This document shows, piece by piece, positions 8,844 to 16,254 of a stretch of 25,746 nt of DNA; positions within the stretch are counted from its first letter, which is position 1, and each line of letters opens with the position of its first letter. A program made the position numbers and the translations under genes. This DNA is from a virus (lineage: Duplodnaviria; Caudoviricetes), in IMG/VR virus record IMGVR_UViG_3300042300_000117, positions 1 to 25,746 of that record. The stretch is one strand, 5' to 3'. The notes under the pieces are model-generated. The model saw nothing but the letters and a program-made list of their open reading frames with translations, was not told the origin of the DNA and made no database searches.

Positions 8844-9292
8844 GCTTCACCTCCGCGAGATGGCCCCGTTTTTACAGTCGCCATAAACGAACCATCATCC
8901 ATTTCTTCGAGTTCGTATCCCATTTCAGGATTAGGCGGGTTATTTGAGATGTAGCGGAAAACAGCAATAATTGCCGGATCGTTGAAAGTAGAAGCTACCG
9001 TATCAAAGCCCATTTTGTAAGCAGCCTTGATAAACTCAATACCGTTTTGCAAGAAGTTTGCAGCAGTGTCAGCATTCAAAGCGCGGAACCAACCGATTCT
9101 TGGTGCCGACTTGTGAAGAATAAAAAGCGTGTTGCCTTGACGGATGAATAAGGTATCATCCATTTTGAGTTCGGCATTGATCATCTGAATCGCTTTACTG
9201 CGATCAACGCCAGCGTCAGTGTTCATGGCTGCAATGGCAACAATGTCCTCTGCACTTAACTCTTGCTCTCGGCTGTCCACCATCTTCGCCAT
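8840..9292 (-). CDS. Hypothetical protein, possible GNAT-like acyltransferase
   Basis: 150 aa; inferred helix-helix-strand-strand-strand(GWFRALNAD)-helix(AANFLQNGIEFIKAAYKMGF)-strand(DTVASTF)-helix order fits the GNAT fold; sits directly before the ejection genes, where many podoviruses carry a GNAT-like gene; no Q/RxxGxG motif. The CDS is secure, the function is an inference. Confidence 0.45.
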   Translation of the reverse strand: MAKMVDSREQELSAEDIVAIAAMNTDAGVDRSKAIQMINAELKMDDTLFIRQGNTLFILHKSAPRIGWFRALNADTAANFLQNGIEFIKAAYKMGFDTVASTFNDPAIIAVFRYISNNPPNPEMGYELEEMDDGSFMATVKTGPSRGGEA

Positions 9293-9294
9293 TT

Positions 9295-10419
9295 TTACCT
9301 CACGGGATCAAAGATCGCAGCGGTATAAACATTGCCCATACCTGCCGCGAGACTCATTATTAAACCATCGGGTACCTCACAATCCTGCGACAGAAAAACA
9401 TCGTCCTTTTCCGTGCGGTTAGGAATAGCAGGTACAACACCATAAACTAGATTGTCAAGCAAAAGTAGCGTTTCAAGCAAGCCCGAAGCGCCCATTGTGT
9501 GACCTATTTTTGGTTTAAATGATGTTGCTATAAAGTTATTTAATGTCTTGTAAAGCGCCATTGCCTCTGACTCATTGTTTGACTCGGTGCCAGTGCCATG
9601 TGTTTTTACTATGGAAATATCGTCAGCATGGACATCGCCGTACAGCATGGCACCTTCAATGGCTTTAATGTAGCCTTGACCGTCTTCTCGCTGACCAATG
9701 GCATTCGTATGCTTTTCGGCGGCATGGTAGGCGCTGACCAGTCTAGCTTTAGGCTTTAGGTTGTAGAAGTTCACCTCGCCTTCAGATTGCAAGACGGCAA
9801 AAGCAGCGCCTTGCCCGACGTAAAACCCCCCATTTTTACGATCAAACGCACTGGGCAGCACGTTTCCGTCGCCTTCTTCCTTCAGTGTCAGGCTGGCTCC
9901 AGAATCGCCAAAGAACTCTAATACGGAGTTAGAGACGGCATCCTCAACGGTTAGGATAATAAAACGGGTATAGCCAAAGGCTTCCAGCATGATGCAGTCC
10001 ATAAGCGTTTTTAAGCTGGACGCACAAGCGGTAGCGTCGGTAGCAATGTAATCTGGCTCACATATCTGGTTTGCTAGTCTGCCAGCCATTACTTGCGTTA
10101 AGGAAAAAGGCAAAAACTTGTAGATGTAGTGCAGTTGCGTATTCGTTTGATTGTCTTTTGGATTGATGCCAGCAAAGTGACTGTTGCCAGAAGCCAAGAT
10201 AAATGCAGTTTTGCCCAGTGCCGGGTTTTGTCGCAACCACTCCAACGTGGCGGGTGCCAAGACCATGTTGGCAAGGTTATGCGGTGCGTATTTGTAGCCA
10301 TGCTTGGTGCCTTGATAGCTTTCAGGAATGAAGTGCGTCCGTTGTGGATGCACAATGTCTTCCATCAAGGTCGTTTGAGTTGTAGATACAGTATGACCAA
10401 AGGTAAGAAACAGACTCAT
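9295..10419 (-). CDS. Beta-ketoacyl-ACP synthase (FabB/FabF-type ketosynthase), divergent
   Basis: 374 aa; DATACASS (Cys132), KTHGTGT (His274), FKPKIGHTMGASG (Lys302, His307); SAFDRKNGGFYVGQGAAFAVL matches the PFD..RDGFV.GEGA motif; SLAAGMGN matches the SNSFGFGG motif. Confidence 0.93.
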   Translation of the reverse strand: MSLFLTFGHTVSTTQTTLMEDIVHPQRTHFIPESYQGTKHGYKYAPHNLANMVLAPATLEWLRQNPALGKTAFILASGNSHFAGINPKDNQTNTQLHYIYKFLPFSLTQVMAGRLANQICEPDYIATDATACASSLKTLMDCIMLEAFGYTRFIILTVEDAVSNSVLEFFGDSGASLTLKEEGDGNVLPSAFDRKNGGFYVGQGAAFAVLQSEGEVNFYNLKPKARLVSAYHAAEKHTNAIGQREDGQGYIKAIEGAMLYGDVHADDISIVKTHGTGTESNNESEAMALYKTLNNFIATSFKPKIGHTMGASGLLETLLLLDNLVYGVVPAIPNRTEKDDVFLSQDCEVPDGLIMSLAAGMGNVYTAAIFDPVR

Positions 10420-10709
10420 TTCATCACCTCAATGGCTTTTTCTATATCAATTTCACTAACTCTTGCGTGTTTTACTAGAAAATCTCGCATGTCGCCTACC
10501 GTTTCAGGCTTCATGTCTTTTCCTTCGGCCTCAGACACGGCAAAAGCATCGCAAAGATACATGCCCATAATCAAGCCATCCAGACTATCTATCTCAATGT
10601 TCTCAAACCGATCTTCCATGCTAGTAGCTGGAATTGCTGGTTTTCCATAAGGCTTGGCAGCAACCGCAGCCGCATTAAATAAACGGTAAAAATCCTCATC
10701 AGAAATCAT
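10416..10709 (-). CDS. Acyl carrier protein, divergent
   Basis: 97 aa, acidic; EIDSLD phosphopantetheine attachment motif (Ser42), then M.L.DAF.V and ETVGD..DF as in ACP helices II and IV; ATGA-coupled to the ketosynthase. Confidence 0.88.
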   Translation of the reverse strand: MISDEDFYRLFNAAAVAAKPYGKPAIPATSMEDRFENIEIDSLDGLIMGMYLCDAFAVSEAEGKDMKPETVGDMRDFLVKHARVSEIDIEKAIEVMK

Positions 10710-11053
10710 GTCACCCCCAGTGTACGTGCTATCTGCTCATGAATTAACAAATGACTATTTACCCAATCGTAAAAGTCATCCTCTTGGTTGAAGTCCAAGT
10801 CTAGCAGATTAAAGGGGTCATTGAGATTAAGAATAGTGGCGTAGCGTTGGTGTTCTTGTTGATGGATGAGTAGCCAGTCATCCAAGTCTTGCGGGTCAGC
10901 ATCAATAATTGGATACCGTGGCACATAAAACCCAGCGTCAGTCAACCTTTCCCAAAAGACTTGATGCTGTATGCCATTTTCAAAAAGAAAGTCACGGAGG
11001 CTATCTGGCTCCCCAAATATCGGGGTTGCCAGCGCATCCATATTCAGGCTCAT
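10706..11053 (-). CDS. Acidic hypothetical protein with three His-containing helical repeats
   Basis: 115 aa; D[FW]xxx[NH]xxxH[QE] occurs three times at 37-38 aa spacing; ATGA overlaps on both sides. Confidence 0.75.
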   Translation of the reverse strand: MSLNMDALATPIFGEPDSLRDFLFENGIQHQVFWERLTDAGFYVPRYPIIDADPQDLDDWLLIHQQEHQRYATILNLNDPFNLLDLDFNQEDDFYDWVNSHLLIHEQIARTLGVT

Positions 11054-11271
11054 CTGTCGGCCTTAGTCTCTAAGCGATCAAAAATTTTGCCCAACATGCC
11101 TTTGATGTCGTGGATGTCTTCCCGGTAATCCTCACGGTTGACGTACATCATCGGCATCTCCGCAATCCTGTCCTCTATCCGAATGATTGAGCGAGAAATA
11201 CTGTTTAGTATCCACCCAAAAGCGGCTCCTGCGGCAGCAAAAAGAATGTTGATGAGGAATTGCGGTTCCAC
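11050..11271 (-). CDS. Small single-TM plus coiled-coil protein
   Basis: 73 aa, GTG start with GGAG SD; hydrophobic FLINILFAAAGAAFGWIL followed by a heptad region (YV.REDY..DI..IK.ML.KIFDRLE.KAD), a common phage small-protein type. Confidence 0.7.
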   Translation of the reverse strand: MEPQFLINILFAAAGAAFGWILNSISRSIIRIEDRIAEMPMMYVNREDYREDIHDIKGMLGKIFDRLETKADR

Positions 11272-11273
11272 TT

Positions 11274-11894
11274 TTAGACTCCGTAGTAGGGGATTTTCTT
11301 GGTTGCTCCATTGATGCTGACCTCTATATAACCTTCAGGGGCCAACATCATACTCGGATCAAGCATTGCAGCTACGTTGCTTGAAGCAAGATTGGCATAC
11401 AAATTTGACGTTACTGTCACATTAGCAAAGACACCACTGCCACCCGTAATAGCTACGGCATTGGCATTTTGTGTTGCCATTGTTCCAAGACCAGTAACAT
11501 TAGCTGCGGGAATATTGGCAACAGTAATCGTTACATTGCCTGTTAGTGCGCCGCCACCCGTTGCCAAACCTGTTGTCAAAATATTGACCGTATTAGCTGC
11601 CGCACCCACATTTGCTGCATTTAATACAACAACACCTGTTTGACCATTAACGCTAACAACAAGGTCAGTGTTGTCTATCTTTTCCCAAACAGAGCCATTA
11701 AATACCGCCCAATCGTTAATTTGCCAATCAGTAACGCCATTAAGGTTAGTTGTACCGGCAAAAGACACAACATAATAATCACCTTTAAAACCGACACTGG
11801 AGACAAGGGTTGGCGTATTGGTCGAAGCATTCCATGTCCCCTTATAATTAAGAGCGCCAATAATGTTGGCAAACGAGGATGCGGTCTTTAACAT
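11274..11894 (-). CDS. Short tail or head fibre-like virion protein
   Basis: 206 aa; YKGTWNASTNTPTL...GDYYVVS..G...DW..FNGSVWEK domain, VVSVNGQTGVVVL and GLGTMATQNA fibre repeats, and C-terminal KKIPYY. Confidence 0.7.
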   Translation of the reverse strand: MLKTASSFANIIGALNYKGTWNASTNTPTLVSSVGFKGDYYVVSFAGTTNLNGVTDWQINDWAVFNGSVWEKIDNTDLVVSVNGQTGVVVLNAANVGAAANTVNILTTGLATGGGALTGNVTITVANIPAANVTGLGTMATQNANAVAITGGSGVFANVTVTSNLYANLASSNVAAMLDPSMMLAPEGYIEVSINGATKKIPYYGV

Positions 11895-11904
11895 AGCTTA
11901 GTCC

Positions 11905-12234
11905 TCATAACCCATCTCCCGGACTAATGTAAACCTGTGCGCTGCCACTGGCTGTAATGCCAGTAAAGTAAGCATTTGGCACAAACGTCAGGATTTCATC
12001 CGTACCGGGCAGTAACGGTATTGACGCACCAGTTGTTGTAACTACTGTCGTATTGTTGGATGCGTCAGAAGCCGTTGCACCATAGCCCAAAAACACGGTG
12101 ACAGAGCCAGCGTTGATGATCCGGTACTGATTGCCACCCAAGGTCGTAGAAACAGCCTGTACGGGCGTAGGCGCTGCGACATTGGCAGTAAAGGCAACCG
12201 TATTACCTAGCTTCGTAAAGGCTTGTGTTCCCAT
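11905..12234 (-). CDS. Putative small beta-rich virion protein, paralog of 703..1056
   Basis: 109 aa, rich in T/A/V/G; AGGAG SD; ends SGSAQVYISPGDGL. Confidence 0.7.
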   Translation of the reverse strand: MGTQAFTKLGNTVAFTANVAAPTPVQAVSTTLGGNQYRIINAGSVTVFLGYGATASDASNNTTVVTTTGASIPLLPGTDEILTFVPNAYFTGITASGSAQVYISPGDGL

Positions 12235-12247
12235 GTCTTACTCCTAA

Positions 12248-12535
12248 TTACCAAGGCAGACCGGATGCTGTCTTCGGCGCTTTCAATACAGCAATCTGAC
12301 CAGCAAGATTGGCTTCCATCTCAGCCGTATCCAGTTGCTCCTTGACCCAAGCAATAACTTGCGCCTCGGTCAGCTCATCAAATGGCGTAAAGCTATCGCC
12401 ACGGGTAAAGCCGACAGAGCCGTAAGCACCGGCAGTGTGTTCGCCATCTACGGCAGACACGCGCCAGTGTGCGGTGACTACGAGGTTGTCAGATGTTTGA
12501 CGATCCATGTTGTCAATAGACCAAGTTATGTTCAT
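12248..12535 (-). CDS. Tail-fibre-associated protein (DUF7936-like)
   Basis: Start moved to the ATG at 12535 (MNITWSI) because of the GGAAGG SD and loss of overlap; ITW.I..MDR...VVTAHW...F.PFDELTEAQVIAWVK...GLPW is typical of genes following tail fibres in aquatic phages. Confidence 0.7.
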   Translation of the reverse strand: MNITWSIDNMDRQTSDNLVVTAHWRVSAVDGEHTAGAYGSVGFTRGDSFTPFDELTEAQVIAWVKEQLDTAEMEANLAGQIAVLKAPKTASGLPW

Positions 12536-12537
12536 AG

Positions 12538-12918
12538 TTAATTTCCTTCCCACCAACGGGTAATGTATTGAGGATCAAGATACTGCTCTTCGGTTTGCGC
12601 TTGTTGAACCATTAAAGGTCGCACATCTTCTTCATTGTCCAACACGATTGCGTCAATGTGTGTGTAGCCGTTTACTACCGCAAATTGAATTCTGCCGCCA
12701 GAAGCCGTGAACCGATACTTATCACCATCAGCCAGCACGATAATCGGATTCTTTAACCCTTGCGAGGCGATGCTGGTTGCGACCTGAAGATGCCGTGGAA
12801 ATACAGCCCAGTTGTTTGCAACATCAACCACCGACTGTTTTTCATCAGTCATAATGTCAGCCAACGCAATAGTCTGCTTGGTATAACCAAAATCGTTTTC
12901 AGCGGTCAGCGCTTTCAT
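12538..12918 (-). CDS. ParB/sulfiredoxin-like N-terminal domain protein, degenerate
   Basis: 126 aa; SIASQGLKNPIIV....KYRFTASGGRIQFAVVNGYTHIDAIV follows the SI...GL..PI.V...Y..i.G..R..A....G...I.A.V pattern; ATGA-coupled to the tail fibre. Confidence 0.6.
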   Translation of the reverse strand: MKALTAENDFGYTKQTIALADIMTDEKQSVVDVANNWAVFPRHLQVATSIASQGLKNPIIVLADGDKYRFTASGGRIQFAVVNGYTHIDAIVLDNEEDVRPLMVQQAQTEEQYLDPQYITRWWEGN

Positions 12919-14522
12919 TTTGCCTCCAGTACGGCAATACGAGCCTGAAGGGCTTCAATCTTAGCAATCGCCTCTTGAAGTGCCGCAGTCAGGATTGGCG
13001 TCAGTTTGCCGTAGTCCACACCCTGCATTTCTTCACCATCTTTTTCTCCCGATACTGCGTCAGGTACGACTGCTTGGAGTTCATGGGCAATGAAGCCTTC
13101 GCCGTTGCTGTCGTCAGCGTTCCACTTATATGTGCAGGGTTTGAGTAGTGCGACCCTTGCCAATGCGCCGGTTATTGGGGCGATGTCGTGCTTTAGGCGG
13201 TAGTCAGAAGATGTTACGTATGAAGTGGCAGACAGAGTTGTTTGAACAGACCCAACAAGTGATGCGTTACGGTAAAACAAAATTGAGTAGTCAGTAGCAG
13301 CACTTGATCGGCTATTGCTAACCGTCATTGGATTTGCTGTTGTTGTATCTGCCTCAACAACAAATTTTGCGCTACCAAGACCAGTTGTACGGTTCACCAA
13401 CACGTTACCGCTGGAGTCGATACGCATCCTCTCAGTCGGTGTAGCAGAACCATCAGCAGATGTGCTGAATACCAAGCGACCGGGCATGTCGGCAGAAGCA
13501 CCGGGAGTACCGTCTACAAGTCCTTGGATAGAAGCGGCATCGCTATATCCAGTTCCGTTTGCGCCAGAGAAAACAATAGCGCCCAATGCGTCACCAGATG
13601 CAACGATTGTGTTTGTTCCAAGCGTTGCGCTCTTAGAACGGCCAAAGTAAAAAGCTGGATTGCTCGCCGCACTAGAGCTATAACGTACAAGACTTGCAAA
13701 AGCGTCTGATGTACCTTCGACTTGCAGCTTCCCGCCAAATGCGCTATTAGTTGAGGTCAACCCCACCAGCAACCGCCCGGAGGAGTCGATACGGGCGCGT
13801 TCAATAACATTGCCGCCACCTCTTGTTCCAAAAGCTAACGCACCATTGCTAGCCGAGGTGTAAACAGTGCTTATGGCCGCCGCTGCGTCAGTGCTAGTTC
13901 CGTTTACGCCCATATATAAAGTGGTCGCCGTACTGTCTGTGACCGACGAGTTATATAAAAACGCGGTGATGCCCGCCGCAGACATATCGGAAGAACTATA
14001 AGCAACTGCGCTGGAAAACTGAACATGAAGCGGATAACTTGGCGAACTCGTACCAATCCCCACGCTTCCTGCGGCATCAACTACAAACGGCGAACTGTCT
14101 GGGTTTGAACTATCCTCAACTAGCAGCGCATTGCCACTTCCTACCTGCGTGATACGGAGTGCGTTGCCACTGGTATTAACTGAGATGACCGCTGAGTTAG
14201 AAGCCGTCACATCTGTCGTATTTGCCGTCGTAATCGTTGCTACATTGGCAGTTACCGCCGCATTGGTCAGCGTTGCATTGCCATTAACCGTCAGATTGGT
14301 AATCGTGACATTCGATAGCGTTTCAACATCAACCGATACATTGTCTAATACAACATTAGCAATCTTGCCGCCAGTCACTTGAACATTAGCCAGCGTAAAT
14401 GCGCCATTGCCAATGCTGTTGACTGCCACCGCCACCGTTGAAAAGTTGTTATCAAGCTGAGATAGCGGAATCGTTGCAGTAGCGTTTGCAAACGTATTGG
14501 GTATCGTAATAGGTAATGGCAT
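12915..14522 (-). CDS. Tail fibre with C-terminal intramolecular chaperone (peptidase S74)
   Basis: 535 aa; N-terminal anchor (IPLSQLDNNF), G.VGIGT.SP and ER.RIDSSG..LV fibre repeats, TSSDYRLKHDI autocleavage motif, GFIAHELQAVVPDAV, VDYGKL, and a terminal coiled coil. Confidence 0.9.
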   Translation of the reverse strand: MPLPITIPNTFANATATIPLSQLDNNFSTVAVAVNSIGNGAFTLANVQVTGGKIANVVLDNVSVDVETLSNVTITNLTVNGNATLTNAAVTANVATITTANTTDVTASNSAVISVNTSGNALRITQVGSGNALLVEDSSNPDSSPFVVDAAGSVGIGTSSPSYPLHVQFSSAVAYSSSDMSAAGITAFLYNSSVTDSTATTLYMGVNGTSTDAAAAISTVYTSASNGALAFGTRGGGNVIERARIDSSGRLLVGLTSTNSAFGGKLQVEGTSDAFASLVRYSSSAASNPAFYFGRSKSATLGTNTIVASGDALGAIVFSGANGTGYSDAASIQGLVDGTPGASADMPGRLVFSTSADGSATPTERMRIDSSGNVLVNRTTGLGSAKFVVEADTTTANPMTVSNSRSSAATDYSILFYRNASLVGSVQTTLSATSYVTSSDYRLKHDIAPITGALARVALLKPCTYKWNADDSNGEGFIAHELQAVVPDAVSGEKDGEEMQGVDYGKLTPILTAALQEAIAKIEALQARIAVLEAK

Positions 14523-16253
14523 TTAGAACCTCGCTCTCAATTCATGCTCAAACTCAAAACCGTTAATCGTAAATGGCGTTACGCTGCCCTCCAACGTAAT
14601 GCCTAAATATTTACCAAACATCTTGGCATCTCTCTTGTACAGGTAATAACCACTGCCAGCACTGTTTGCCGCCGCCCATCCAATAGTCAAACTGACATTG
14701 TTGCTCCAAGAAATCGGAGCGCCTAAGTTATTTAACCAAATAATTGCATTGGAGAACTCAATGGCTGGCGATTGTTGCGACTCTGAATCGACATACGCAT
14801 CAAAGATAATCGGCTCAGACCCTAGCGTTGCTTCAATGCCAATCTTCAATGCTTGCTTGTCACGGATAGGATCACCCATTGGCAACAAAGCAGTTTGCAA
14901 AATCATGTCAACCGGATTTAACGCATCTTCATAGAACTGATACAAGTTTTTACCGCTGGTGCCATACAGATTGATAAAGCCATCTTTAAATGCTGGAACA
15001 ACATAGTAGCAATCAGCCAACTGATTCGTAAAGAACCACTTGCGCTCAAAGAATGCCGCTTGCAACCAACGCTCTGTGCCACCGTCATTAAATTTAAAGT
15101 TAAAGACAGCGCAAAGAATGTTATTGATTAGGCACTGACCACCACTAATTTCCAAGTCAAAATTAACCCGTGGGAAAATACCATCTAACGGGTCACTAAT
15201 TTTAGTGGTTGTTGCACCTACCAGCGCGTACACACCGTATTCGTTCATAAACAATACCGAACGGAAATATGGGAAGATGGCGTGCTTTAACGACGAACCA
15301 ACGGATGCCGATACGTTTGTGTTGGTAAACAGTGATGTGCCAGTAGTTGAGTCAATCCGCACATCCGAAAAAACATTGATACTGTCTTCGCCAAACACAT
15401 ACAAGAAGTTGTTGGCAGACAAAATACGGGTAATTACCGTTCTTAACGTAGCATCACTTAAAGTAATAAAGCCAGCCGTTAAATTGATAAAATCGTTATA
15501 AGTGTCTGCTGCCGTGTAGTACACCGTCCGGTCTTGGGCAATCCAAGTGCGGCCTGAAAAAGTGGCAATATCTGATCCGCTTTGATTCAGAATTGTGCAA
15601 GTCACATTGGCGTTGGTTCCCGCACCGGCAATGGTGACTGTGGGTGGTGAGGTATAACCTGTGCCGGGTTCCGTTACAATCACTTCAGATACGGCATTGG
15701 CAACAACTGTAACTGTGCCTGTTGCCTGTACGCCATTAGCCTCATTAGGCGCACCAAAAGTTACCGTCGTATTTGATGTTAAGTAACCGCTGCCAGCATT
15801 ATTGATCGTAATGGTATTGATACTGCCAATAGACAACAGATTTACGCCATCCCAAGTCTTATAGCCTTTGACTGGATCAATAATCAGGGCGCGTTCATTG
15901 CGCCACTGGGTAATCATTACATCGGAATTAGAAAACGTATTGGCTCCAGCTATGTTGCCTTGAGCGCCAGTGGTAATGTTGACGTATTGTGCAGAGCCAT
16001 TATCTTGAAAGCCAAGCACATACTCGTTGTTGTTAATGTTGACCGAACCCATAAAGCTGACATTGGCAGCAAATGCAACATTGGCAAGTTGTTGATTGCC
16101 GGGAACGATCTTTAGATTGCCAAAGCCAACGGGCTGGATGTTTTCTAGCCAGCTAAACTCACCATTATCAATGACTGTGCGGTTGTTTTTGGTATTCAAC
16201 CCTTTGAAGTCTTTGACTACGGCATATTGTTTCTTTTGCTCTGCCGCAGCCAT
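14523..16253 (-). CDS. Tail nozzle / DNA stabilization protein (P22 gp10 / T7 gp12 positional equivalent)
   Basis: 576 aa, beta-rich; N-terminal DFKGLN...ENI motif and propeller-like repeats; lies between adaptor and fibre. Confidence 0.7.
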   Translation of the reverse strand: MAAAEQKKQYAVVKDFKGLNTKNNRTVIDNGEFSWLENIQPVGFGNLKIVPGNQQLANVAFAANVSFMGSVNINNNEYVLGFQDNGSAQYVNITTGAQGNIAGANTFSNSDVMITQWRNERALIIDPVKGYKTWDGVNLLSIGSINTITINNAGSGYLTSNTTVTFGAPNEANGVQATGTVTVVANAVSEVIVTEPGTGYTSPPTVTIAGAGTNANVTCTILNQSGSDIATFSGRTWIAQDRTVYYTAADTYNDFINLTAGFITLSDATLRTVITRILSANNFLYVFGEDSINVFSDVRIDSTTGTSLFTNTNVSASVGSSLKHAIFPYFRSVLFMNEYGVYALVGATTTKISDPLDGIFPRVNFDLEISGGQCLINNILCAVFNFKFNDGGTERWLQAAFFERKWFFTNQLADCYYVVPAFKDGFINLYGTSGKNLYQFYEDALNPVDMILQTALLPMGDPIRDKQALKIGIEATLGSEPIIFDAYVDSESQQSPAIEFSNAIIWLNNLGAPISWSNNVSLTIGWAAANSAGSGYYLYKRDAKMFGKYLGITLEGSVTPFTINGFEFEHELRARF

Positions 16254-16254
16254 A

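Noticed and set aside
9295-10709. KS/ACP as host chromosomal DNA, a chimeric join or a polyketide cluster
   Set aside because: Both flanks are joined to phage genes by 4-nt overlaps or a 2-nt gap on the same strand, and no chain-length factor, reductase, cyclase or other fab gene is present. A misassembly cannot be formally excluded without reads.
10997-11008. PDSL in the 115 aa protein as a second ACP motif
   Set aside because: The surrounding sequence belongs to the three-fold His repeat and lacks the other ACP helix features.
11274-14522. Diversity-generating retroelement or invertible tail-fibre cassette
   Set aside because: No reverse transcriptase, invertase, long adenine-mismatched repeat pair or inverted crossover sites were seen in the window.
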